Under the pieces are notes generated by a model. That model worked only from the letters and a program-made list of their open reading frames with translations, was not told the origin of the DNA and searched no databases. The position numbers were made by a program, and so were the translations under genes. A stretch of 64,000 bases of DNA. Origin: Candidatus Nanoarchaeia archaeon (GTDB lineage Archaea > Nanobdellota > Nanobdellia > Woesearchaeales > GW2011-AR4). Location: NCBI GenBank assembly GCA_035288865.1, contig DATDZA010000035.1:6758-70757 (forward strand), written 5' to 3'. Positions 52,786 through 61,223 of the stretch are shown one piece after another. How positions within the stretch are numbered: position 1 is the stretch's first letter; each line of letters begins with the position of its first letter.

Positions 52786-53820
52786 ATGGAACAGGAATTA
52801 ATGGAACAATTAGAAGATGTTAAGGAAACAAAAAGAAAAAGAAAAGAAATGAAATCAGAAAAATCTGAAGAGCCGGAAACCAAGAAAGAGCAGTCAATCT
52901 ATGACCTGCCGGGAGTAGGCGCAGCTACGGCTGAAAAATTAATGGCAGTTGGCTACACTGACTTGATGAGCATTGCGGTAGCAAGCCCGGGTGAATTAAT
53001 AGAAGCGACGGGAATGGGAGATGCAGTCGCAAAAAAACTCATAGCAATTGCAAGAAGTAATCTTGAAATGGGGTTTGAATCGGGAGAAGAATTATTGAAA
53101 AGAAGAGAAAAAGTCATCAGATTAAAGACTGGAAGCAATGCATTGAACACTTTGCTGGGCGGCGGGTTTGAAACAGGCGCAATTGTGGAATGTTTCGGAG
53201 AATTCGGCTCAGGAAAAACACAAATAGGCCATTCTTTGGCAGTTATGGCGCAGACTGTGGAAAAGGATGCAGTTGCAGTCTACATTGACACAGAAAACAC
53301 TTTCAGGCCGGACAGGATAATTCAATTGGCGAAAGGCGCCGGACTGGATCCGGACCAGGTTTTGAAAAATATAAAAGTTGCAAGAGCTTACAACTCCGAC
53401 CACCAGATGCTGTTGGCGGAAAAAGTTGAAGATTTAATCAAGAAGCAGGGACTGAATGTCAAACTAGTTGTTGTGGATTCATTAACTGCCCATTTCAGGG
53501 CGGAGTTCATTGGCCGCGGCACATTAGCAGAAAGACAGCAGAAATTAAACAGGCACTTGCACGTTCTTGCCAAACTGGCAGACAGATATAATTTCTGTGT
53601 TTATGTTACCAACCAGGTAATGGCAAAGCCAGACATGTTTTTTGGCGACCCTACACAGGCCATCGGCGGGCATATTGTAGCTCACGCCTCAACTTTCCGT
53701 GTCTACCTGAGAAAAGGAAAGAAAGGAACGAGAGTTGCAAAATTAATAGATTCACCAAATCAGCCTGAAGGGGAAGCGGGATTTTATGTTGACGAATCCG
53801 GGATAAAAGACGTTGAATAA
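52786..53820 (+). CDS. radA: RadA recombinase
   Basis: 344-aa ORF. Hh[13 protein letters not shown], Walker [10 protein letters not shown], and ...[14 protein letters not shown].... It has a ~35-aa K/E-rich N-terminal extension. Confidence 0.95.
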   Translation: MEQELMEQLEDVKETKRKRKEMKSEKSEEPETKKEQSIYDLPGVGAATAEKLMAVGYTDLMSIAVASPGELIEATGMGDAVAKKLIAIARSNLEMGFESGEELLKRREKVIRLKTGSNALNTLLGGGFETGAIVECFGEFGSGKTQIGHSLAVMAQTVEKDAVAVYIDTENTFRPDRIIQLAKGAGLDPDQVLKNIKVARAYNSDHQMLLAEKVEDLIKKQGLNVKLVVVDSLTAHFRAEFIGRGTLAERQQKLNRHLHVLAKLADRYNFCVYVTNQVMAKPDMFFGDPTQAIGGHIVAHASTFRVYLRKGKKGTRVAKLIDSPNQPEGEAGFYVDESGIKDVE

Positions 53821-53823
53821 ACG

Positions 53824-53858
53824 TTTTTATTTATTTTTCTTTTTTTAATTTTTATTAT
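53824..53858 (+). terminator. oligo-T tracts downstream of radA
   Basis: TTTTTATTTATTTTTCTTTTTTTAATTTTTATTAT lies directly after the radA stop. Archaeal RNAP terminates on T-runs. The call is weak in an AT-rich genome. Confidence 0.3.
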
Positions 53859-53981
53859 TTGATTTATTGAATTTCAAACAAGTGATTCTTTCTTCAATAA
53901 ACTTAATTCTTGCATCGTATAACAAACCTTTTAAAATAGCATAAACTCCGGGATATATTCGACTACAGTAAATGGATCATC

Positions 53982-54653
53982 ATGAAAAAGAAAAAGATAG
54001 CTGCATTCTTTGATTTTGACGGTACAATCTACAAAGGGCTGGTTGCTTTCGACATTTTCACATTTGCTTTTAGAAATGGCATTATGAACCTCTCCGAGAT
54101 GCTTACATTATCCAAGCTTTCGTACTATTATGTTCTAGATAAATTCAATCTCGCAGAAAGAATATCCATAAACAAGAGGCTGTACAAAAAAATTAAAGGA
54201 CTGAAGTCGGAAGAGTTAGTTGGATCAGCGTCAGAAAAATTTTTTTTACATAACAAATATAAAAAATTTTATCCCGATATTATGGGAATTATCGGGTGGC
54301 ATGCAAAAAATGGGCACAGAATTGTGGTAGTTACATCCGCAATTAAAGAAACGGTGAATCCCGTTAAAAAATTGATTAAGATTGACGAGATAATTTCAAC
54401 AGAAGTAGAAACAAAAAATGGAATATATACAGACACTGTTAAAATACTGCCCGTAGGGCAGAACCGCATAGATCTCATAAAAAATTATTGCAAAAAACAC
54501 AATATAGATTTGAGGAGGAGCTATGCCTACTCAGACCATTTTTCTGACATACCTTTGCTCGAGAGCGTGGGCAATGCCATTGTTACCAGCCCTGACAGGA
54601 GGCTGAGGGCGCATGCAGTAAAAGAAGGATGGAAAATAATAGAGAATAGATAG
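53982..54653 (+). CDS. HAD superfamily hydrolase, subfamily IB (SerB-like)
   Basis: 223-aa ORF. Motif I FFDFDGTIY, motif II VVTSA and motif IV AYSDHFSDIPLL. Confidence 0.8.
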   Translation: MKKKKIAAFFDFDGTIYKGLVAFDIFTFAFRNGIMNLSEMLTLSKLSYYYVLDKFNLAERISINKRLYKKIKGLKSEELVGSASEKFFLHNKYKKFYPDIMGIIGWHAKNGHRIVVVTSAIKETVNPVKKLIKIDEIISTEVETKNGIYTDTVKILPVGQNRIDLIKNYCKKHNIDLRRSYAYSDHFSDIPLLESVGNAIVTSPDRRLRAHAVKEGWKIIENR

Positions 54654-54731
54654 CACAAGACACACAAAACCGGCAGTAACGCAAGTTCTTCACCAAAACC
54701 TTTTTAATACAATATTTAATAGTTAAAGACT

Positions 54732-55379
54732 ATGATTCATCCATACCATCGCTGGTTTATGCATATTTGGATGCTATGGACTAGAAGTATAGGGGGACTT
54801 GAAAACATTCCAAGAGGAAAAGCTTTCATAATTGCATTAAACCACTCAAGTTATTATGATACCGGGCTTGTCCATGCATTGCTAATCCCTTTATTGGATA
54901 AAAAAGTGCATCCTTTCGTAAACAGCTCTTACTGGAAATATAAATTTGTTGCAAGAATATTTCTTAGCCCGGGAGAGGCTATTCCAATTTACATAAAAAA
55001 AGAAGATAATTACAAGCAAAAAAACAAAAAGGCATTCAATAAAGCGCTCTATTATGCAAAAAAAGGAGAGCCTCTTATGATTTTTCCGGAAGGGAAAAGG
55101 AGCAAAGACGGGAAACTGGGAAAGGCTTACACAGGAATTGCAAAGCTGGCATTGAAAGCGAAGATTCCTGTAATTCCTATGGGAGTTATTGGCTCAAACA
55201 AAGTCTGGCCAAAAGGCAAAACCTTTCCAAGATTCAAAAGATGCGATATCAAAATCGGAAAGCCTATTTATTTTGAAGATTACTATAATAAAAAACCAAC
55301 CGAGTATATTTATGAACAAGTTACGAGAATCATAATGAAAGAGATAGCAAAACTAATCGGGCAAAAATACGACTACTAA
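54732..55379 (+). CDS. plsC: lysophospholipid/glycerol-phosphate acyltransferase (PlsC family), paralogue 1
   Basis: 215-aa ORF. Motif I ALNHSSYYD (NHxxxxD) and motif III FPEGKRS. Confidence 0.85.
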   Translation: MIHPYHRWFMHIWMLWTRSIGGLENIPRGKAFIIALNHSSYYDTGLVHALLIPLLDKKVHPFVNSSYWKYKFVARIFLSPGEAIPIYIKKEDNYKQKNKKAFNKALYYAKKGEPLMIFPEGKRSKDGKLGKAYTGIAKLALKAKIPVIPMGVIGSNKVWPKGKTFPRFKRCDIKIGKPIYFEDYYNKKPTEYIYEQVTRIIMKEIAKLIGQKYDY

Positions 55380-55380
55380 A

Positions 55381-56010
55381 ATGGTGTATTCAATACTTAA
55401 AATATGGTTTCCACCTTTATGCAAGCTATGGGTTAGCAAAATACAAGGAATTGAAAATATACCAAAAAACATGCCTTTTATCATTGCTGCCAACCATAGC
55501 AGCTATTATGATGATGTTTTGACTTATGCAATAATTGTTCCTCAAACAAACAAACAAATCCACGCACTTGTAAACAGCACTTATTGGAAAAAATTCCCGG
55601 CAAAACAAATAATCGAGCATGGCAAGTGCATACCCGTTTACGTCGGGAAAAATTATGATGCTGATAGAAACAAGAAATCACTCCAGCTTGCAGTGGAGTA
55701 TTTAAAAAAAGGTGACCTGATTATGATATTTCCTGAGGGCACTAGGAGCATTGACGGAAAAATTAAAAAAGGCCACAGCGGAGTTGCAAAAATTGCGTTA
55801 AAATCAAAGACACTGGTCTTGCCGATTGGAATCAAGGATTCAAATAAGGTGCTTCCAAAAGGTGCTGGATTTATGAAATTTGCAAGATGCAGCGTTATAA
55901 TCGGAAAGCCATTGAGCTTTGAAAACTACAATAAAAATTCATATGGCAAGGTAACAAGAATTATAATGCAAAAAATTGCAAAGCTAACAGGGCAAGAATA
56001 CAACTACTAA
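55381..56010 (+). CDS. plsC: lysophospholipid/glycerol-phosphate acyltransferase (PlsC family), paralogue 2
   Basis: 209-aa ORF, 1 nt after paralogue 1. Motifs AANHSSYYD and FPEGTRS. Confidence 0.85.
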   Translation: MVYSILKIWFPPLCKLWVSKIQGIENIPKNMPFIIAANHSSYYDDVLTYAIIVPQTNKQIHALVNSTYWKKFPAKQIIEHGKCIPVYVGKNYDADRNKKSLQLAVEYLKKGDLIMIFPEGTRSIDGKIKKGHSGVAKIALKSKTLVLPIGIKDSNKVLPKGAGFMKFARCSVIIGKPLSFENYNKNSYGKVTRIIMQKIAKLTGQEYNY

Positions 56011-56011
56011 A

Positions 56012-56641
56012 ATGGCATATCCAATCGGAAAATACATCATCGTTCCATTTTTTAATTTATGGCTCAAGCAGATAAGCGGAATTGAAAATCTGCCTCCCGA
56101 TGCATTCATAATTGCTGCCAACCACTCCAGTTATATGGATCATCCTCTAATCGTCGGAAATATTGTTAAACACAAAAACAGAAAAGTTCATTTCCTTTCA
56201 AAAAAAGAGCACTTTGACACAACGCTAAAAGCAATATGGCACAGATATGCAGGAGCAATCCCTTTAGACAGGCAAAGAGGTGGAAAACTTGCTTTAAAAA
56301 AAGCTGTAAAAATATTAAAAGAAGGAAAAATTATTGCCATCCATCCCGAAGGGACAAGAAGCCTTGATGGCAAATTAATGAGGGCAAAAACAGGAATAGC
56401 AAGGCTTTCATTAGCTGCAAAGGTTCCTGTTGTCCCGGTCGGATTGATAGGAACTTTTGAAATACTTCCGAAAGGCAAATATATTCCCAGGATGAAAAGG
56501 GCCATAATACATATAGGCAAGCCGATGTATTTTGGCAAATATTATAGAAAGCCCGTGACCAAAAGATTATTAAGGGAAATCACAACAAAAATAATGAAAG
56601 AGATTGCCAAATTGTCAAACAAAAAATATGAATTTGATTAA
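56012..56641 (+). CDS. plsC: lysophospholipid/glycerol-phosphate acyltransferase (PlsC family), paralogue 3
   Basis: 209-aa ORF, 1 nt after paralogue 2. Motifs AANHSSYMD and HPEGTRS. Confidence 0.85.
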   Translation: MAYPIGKYIIVPFFNLWLKQISGIENLPPDAFIIAANHSSYMDHPLIVGNIVKHKNRKVHFLSKKEHFDTTLKAIWHRYAGAIPLDRQRGGKLALKKAVKILKEGKIIAIHPEGTRSLDGKLMRAKTGIARLSLAAKVPVVPVGLIGTFEILPKGKYIPRMKRAIIHIGKPMYFGKYYRKPVTKRLLREITTKIMKEIAKLSNKKYEFD

Positions 56642-56779
56642 AGATAAATTAAAATATAATGATTAATAATAAATTAATGAAGCTATCTCACTTTTAATAA
56701 TAATTAAAAATATTGTCAATTAAGAATATGAGAATAGCGTGAGAATTATATTAAACAATAAAAAATTCAAATAAATAAA

Positions 56780-57757
56780 ATGAAAATATCCATAATAGGG
56801 GCAGGAAGCTGGGGCACGGCTTTAGCAATCCTTTTAAGCGAAAAAGGATTTGATGTGAAATTATGGGCAAGAAGAAAAGAGCTCGCAAATGAAATTAACA
56901 TCAAAAAAGAAAATACACAATATTTGCCTGGAATAAGAATTCCAAACAATCTGGTAGTCGACTCTTCATTAAAAAATGTTACAGATGGTTCTGATATTAT
57001 GATTACAGCCGTCCCGAGTGAATTCTTGAGAGCCACTTTGAGTGAACTCAAGCCATTTTTCAAAAATCAAATTGTTGTCAGCGTCACAAAAGGAATTGAG
57101 CATTCAACGGGAAAAAGGATGACAGAAGTTATCGAAGATGTTTTAGGAAAAAATTCTAAAGTCACTGCGCTGTCCGGACCAAACCATGCAGAGGAAGTCG
57201 GGAGAAAGATGCCGACTGCAAGCGTGCTGGCAAGCAATAACCAGAAACTTGGTAAGTTCGTTGCGGAAAAATTAAGCACGCCTGCTTTTAAAGTTTATTA
57301 TTTAAATGATGTTGCCGGAGTGGAAACTTGCGGAGCCCTTAAAAATATTACAGCCATCGCAACCGGAGTGTGCGATGGATTTGGCTTTGGAGACAATGCA
57401 AGGGCTTCAATAATTACTTTGGGATTGATGGAGATGAATAATTTTGGAAGGCATTTCGGTGCGAAAAGAGGAACAGTATACGGATTGGCAGGTGTTGGAG
57501 ACTTAATTGCAACCTGCGTCAGCAAGCACAGCAGGAACAGGTTTGTAGGCGAGCAACTGGCAAAAGGAAAAACAATGAAGGAAATAAAAAACGAGATGCA
57601 TGGCATGATAGCAGAAGGGATTTCCACAACAAAAGCTGTTTATGAATATTCTATGAAGCACAAAATACAGATGCCGTTAACAAATCAGGCCTATGAAGTT
57701 CTTTTCAACAACAAAGATATTAAGAAAGCGATTGTGGATTTATTGAATTTGGTTTAA
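56780..57757 (+). CDS. gpsA: NAD(P)H-dependent sn-glycerol-3-phosphate dehydrogenase
   Basis: 325-aa ORF that aligns by eye along its full length with bacterial GpsA. Shared motifs: IIGAGSWGTALA, ...VTKGIE..., LSGPNHAEEV, GALKNITAIATG, ...NARASIITLGL.EM... and GVGDLIATC.S..SRNR. Confidence 0.93.
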   Translation: MKISIIGAGSWGTALAILLSEKGFDVKLWARRKELANEINIKKENTQYLPGIRIPNNLVVDSSLKNVTDGSDIMITAVPSEFLRATLSELKPFFKNQIVVSVTKGIEHSTGKRMTEVIEDVLGKNSKVTALSGPNHAEEVGRKMPTASVLASNNQKLGKFVAEKLSTPAFKVYYLNDVAGVETCGALKNITAIATGVCDGFGFGDNARASIITLGLMEMNNFGRHFGAKRGTVYGLAGVGDLIATCVSKHSRNRFVGEQLAKGKTMKEIKNEMHGMIAEGISTTKAVYEYSMKHKIQMPLTNQAYEVLFNNKDIKKAIVDLLNLV

Positions 57758-57767
57758 AGGAGATTTC

Positions 57768-58430
57768 ATGTCTTGGTTTCATAATATTAATAACTTTAGT
57801 TTGGAAATTTATAATAAGGAATTAGGTAAATTTATTCGTGATGCAAATAGTTTTTCTTGGTTTAACCATTTGCCTAGCTTTGGCATGTCTTATAACGGTA
57901 AGGGATTCATAGAATTGTTTCAGATGCATGAAAAGTCGCAAAAACTTATATTTAATGAATTTGTTGAAAAAGATTTAGATATTGTTTTGTATTGCATTAA
58001 AGAAAAGCACATTAACGATGAATGGCTAAAATGTTTTGAATGGTATAATAAAAGAAAGAGAGCTATAAATAGGGCACATTCAGTATTCAAAACTTTTATT
58101 TCTCCATTCTTATACAGATCTATACTTCCAAGCATGTATAAAAAACTCTTACGATACGGAAGTATAACAGCGAATCTTACCGACCAATTCGAGGGTGAAT
58201 CTTTTCGACAAGCAAATCTTCCAAGATCTGATTATATATGGGCGTCAGATTTTATAGAAAAAGCATGGGAAGGCACTCAAAATTTGAATCCGGCAATAAT
58301 CGTGATATACAGGAAAAAATATTTTTATAAGTGGAAGTCAGGTTATGGCGGCTATGTCTGGATCAAAAAAGATAAAAGTACAGATTACAGGGATACAATT
58401 GAAGCTATAATAAAAGTAAGATATTATTAA
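57768..58430 (+). CDS. hypothetical protein (orphan)
   Basis: 220-aa ORF, aromatic-rich (W/Y/F), with no recognised motif. Confidence 0.5.
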   Translation: MSWFHNINNFSLEIYNKELGKFIRDANSFSWFNHLPSFGMSYNGKGFIELFQMHEKSQKLIFNEFVEKDLDIVLYCIKEKHINDEWLKCFEWYNKRKRAINRAHSVFKTFISPFLYRSILPSMYKKLLRYGSITANLTDQFEGESFRQANLPRSDYIWASDFIEKAWEGTQNLNPAIIVIYRKKYFYKWKSGYGGYVWIKKDKSTDYRDTIEAIIKVRYY

Positions 58431-58455
58431 AATTTAAATTAAAAAACAAATAAAT

Positions 58456-59061
58456 TTATTCTTCTGTGAAATCCTCAATCTTCTGCGGCAACTCTTCATC
58501 TTCTTTTAACTTACCTTTTGCCTTGAGGAATTCTTTTGTTAGGATGTAGAACAGCAATCCCAGGGATTTCTTTCCCTTGTTGTTGCACGGTATGACAAAG
58601 TCAAGATAATTGGTCTGATTGTTTGTGTCACACAGCGCAATCACTGGAATGCCGACTTTTACTGAATCAAGGACTGCATTTCTGTCGGGCCAGGCATCAA
58701 CTACCATTACAATTTTTGCTTCCGTGTAATCTTCAAGGTTGGGGTTTGTCAAAATTCCCGGAGGATAACGCCCGGCAAATGTTCTTACTCCAGCCAATTT
58801 TCCAAACAATTCAACCGCTTTCCATCCGTTTTCCCGCCTGCATATGATTAAGATATCCTTTAGTTCATATTGGGCCAGAAAAGTCGCGGCAACTCTTATC
58901 CTTTCATCTATTTTCTGCAGGTTTAAAACAGACAATCCGTCCGGCCTTGTTTTGTAGATGAACTGATCCATGTATGCGGTTCTGAACTTCGTGCCTATGT
59001 GTATTCCTGATTTGAGATAAACATCCCTTGGAACCAAAAACTTATCTTCTGCCATTTTCAA
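58456..59061 (-). CDS. rps2: 30S ribosomal protein uS2
   Basis: 201-aa ORF with ...YLKSGIHIGTKFRTAYMDQFIYKTRPDGLSVLNLQKIDERI... and ...VGIPVIALCDTNN.... Confidence 0.93.
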   Translation of the reverse strand: MKMAEDKFLVPRDVYLKSGIHIGTKFRTAYMDQFIYKTRPDGLSVLNLQKIDERIRVAATFLAQYELKDILIICRRENGWKAVELFGKLAGVRTFAGRYPPGILTNPNLEDYTEAKIVMVVDAWPDRNAVLDSVKVGIPVIALCDTNNQTNYLDFVIPCNNKGKKSLGLLFYILTKEFLKAKGKLKEDEELPQKIEDFTEE

Positions 59062-59322
59062 ATCCTCCGTTAATTTTATTTTCTTTGAGTTTAATATTTT
59101 TATTTTATTTGAATTTTATAATTTAATTTTTTATTAATAAATACACAATTTGATAATCATTACTTTATTGAATATTATTATTAATTCATTATTTATTTTT
59201 CTTGATTAATTTCTTGAACAGCTCAGAATTAGTGTGTCTGAACCGCTTTTATAGCCCGCAGTTGAACAACTCGTATTCTTAGGCAATAGTTTGCGGAATG
59301 AGATAGCCATTTAAAAATGTTA

Positions 59323-59859
59323 CTAATGAAAATTGAATGTTTCTAAATCCTCATAAACCTGGTCTTGCGATGTTAAAGTTGACTTTATAAGTCTAAAATC
59401 CTTTATTTCAATTCTTTTGCTATCAACTTTGATTTTTTTTATGTCATCAACTAAATATTTTTTATCATCTGGAAATTTAGTCCTTGCCAAAGTAATGTGC
59501 GCCTTGAAATCTTTTTCTTTTTTAAATAAATTTTTTAAAGAGGCATCCACTTGTTTTTGCAATTCAATAATTTTTTCCTCAGGATTTAATCCAACCCAAA
59601 CAACCCTTACCTCATTTCCAGCATAAAATAGTCCAATCAAATCTAAATTTACATTAAAAGGCTCAACCTTAATTTTCTTGAGGTTATCAACAATTTCATC
59701 AAAGTTTTTTGACTGCACATCCCCAAGAAACTTCAAAGTCAGATGAAATGATTTTACCAGGCTTAATTTTTTATCGGAAGGAAGATGTTTTTGCAGCTCT
59801 ATAAAATAATCTTTTAATTCATTAAAATCGATTGCAACGAATAATCTCATGATTATCAA
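59323..59859 (-). CDS. thpR: RNA 2',3'-cyclic phosphodiesterase / 2'-5' RNA ligase (LigT/ThpR, 2H family)
   Basis: 178-aa ORF with two H-x-T-x motifs: FHLTLKFLG and AHITLAR. Confidence 0.8.
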   Translation of the reverse strand: MIIMRLFVAIDFNELKDYFIELQKHLPSDKKLSLVKSFHLTLKFLGDVQSKNFDEIVDNLKKIKVEPFNVNLDLIGLFYAGNEVRVVWVGLNPEEKIIELQKQVDASLKNLFKKEKDFKAHITLARTKFPDDKKYLVDDIKKIKVDSKRIEIKDFRLIKSTLTSQDQVYEDLETFNFH

Positions 59860-59929
59860 AAATAATGAAATATATTTAAAGCTTATCTTAAAAAAATAAA
59901 CAAAGAATTAAACTTTATCTGTAATTTTC

Positions 59930-60298
59930 CTATTCTTCTCCAAAGTTTTCCGTGTCTTGGCCGCCTTCGTACCCGTCGTTGGACTCCTTGCTTTCGGATT
60001 CAGCAGACTTGTCGTAGCTTTCTTCTGCTCGACCCTCTCTTGGTGACTCAGATGACTCTTCGGTTTTTTCACCTATCACTTCTGCAAAACCAACTTTGGG
60101 AAGGACTTTTGTTATTTTCACCCTTACCTCATCGCCTTGCTTTGTGTTAGGAATAAACAGCACGAAACCGTCTTTCTTTGCTATGCCGTCGCCTTTCTCC
60201 CCGACAGCCTCTATCTTAACATTCAGCTCATCGCCAACCTTTACTGGTGCGAAATTTTGTCTGCTGAAATCTCTTCTTGGCCCTCTATCATTTCTCAT
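59930..60298 (-). CDS. TRAM domain protein with acidic C-terminal tail
   Basis: Start taken at the ATG at 60296-60298 (MRNDRGPRR...); the track start 60406 overlaps the SDR gene. TRAM core PVKVGDELNVKIEAVGEKGDGIAKKDGFVLFIPNTKQGDEVRVKITKVLPKVGFAEVI. Confidence 0.8.
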   Translation of the reverse strand: MRNDRGPRRDFSRQNFAPVKVGDELNVKIEAVGEKGDGIAKKDGFVLFIPNTKQGDEVRVKITKVLPKVGFAEVIGEKTEESSESPREGRAEESYDKSAESESKESNDGYEGGQDTENFGEE

Positions 60299-60392
60299 AT
60301 CTAATACCTCTATATTATTTACCCTATCTTGTGCCGTGCACAATACTCCGTAAAAAGTGACATTAGTATTTAAAGTTTGCTGGTTAAAATCC

Positions 60393-61181
60393 TCAGAAAT
60401 CACCAATCTTTGGCCAATTAGCCATTACACAGCCGCCATCGATAACAAGAGTTTGGGCTGTAATGTAGCTAGCGGCATCGCTTGAAAGGAAAGTTACAGC
60501 ATCTGCGATTTCCTGCACATCTGCAAATCTTCCCATAGGAACCTCTTTTTTGAGTTTTTCAAACTTTTTTTGGTCGTTTACAAGCTCGTACTTTAAGCCG
60601 CTTGTATTAACAAATCCAGGCGCAACAACATTAACGTTTATGCTGTATTTTGCCCATTCAAGTGCAAGACTTCTTGTTAAATTAATCACGCCAGCCCTTG
60701 CGGCGCCTGAATGAATCATTCCTGCAGCCGATTTTACTGCATAAATAGTGACCATGTTTGTTATCTTGCCGTACTTTTGCTTTTTCATAAATTCTCCGGC
60801 GGCCTTGCAGCAGTAGAATGTATTATAAAGATTTGTCTTGACTACGGCATCAAATCCATTTGGAGAGATTTTTTCAATTGGAGCTAGAAATTGTCCGCCG
60901 GCGTTGTTTACAAGAAAATCAATTCTTTCATATTCTTTTGCAATATCTTTGAATACCTTTTCTACCTGAGTAAAATCCCTTAAATCAGCCTGAAATCCAA
61001 TGCATTTTGAAAACTTGCTTAGCTCTTTGACACCGGAATCAACATTCTCTTTTTTTCTATGAACTATTGCAATCTTTGCCCCAAGCTTTCCGAACTGGGT
61101 GGCAATTGATTTTCCTATTCCTGTTCCCCCTCCCGTGATTACAGCAATTTTTCCCTTGAACAAATTTTTTGCAAATATCAT
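60393..61181 (-). CDS. short-chain dehydrogenase/reductase, dienoyl/enoyl-CoA reductase-like
   Basis: 262-aa ORF. Cofactor motif ITGGGTGIGKS and NNAGG. The active-site region HSGAARAGVINLTRSLALEW resembles the DECR/PECR subgroup. Confidence 0.65.
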   Translation of the reverse strand: MIFAKNLFKGKIAVITGGGTGIGKSIATQFGKLGAKIAIVHRKKENVDSGVKELSKFSKCIGFQADLRDFTQVEKVFKDIAKEYERIDFLVNNAGGQFLAPIEKISPNGFDAVVKTNLYNTFYCCKAAGEFMKKQKYGKITNMVTIYAVKSAAGMIHSGAARAGVINLTRSLALEWAKYSINVNVVAPGFVNTSGLKYELVNDQKKFEKLKKEVPMGRFADVQEIADAVTFLSSDAASYITAQTLVIDGGCVMANWPKIGDF

Positions 61182-61223
61182 CTTGCTTTGAGTATTTGTT
61201 TTGCATTAAAAAGGTTTTGATTT

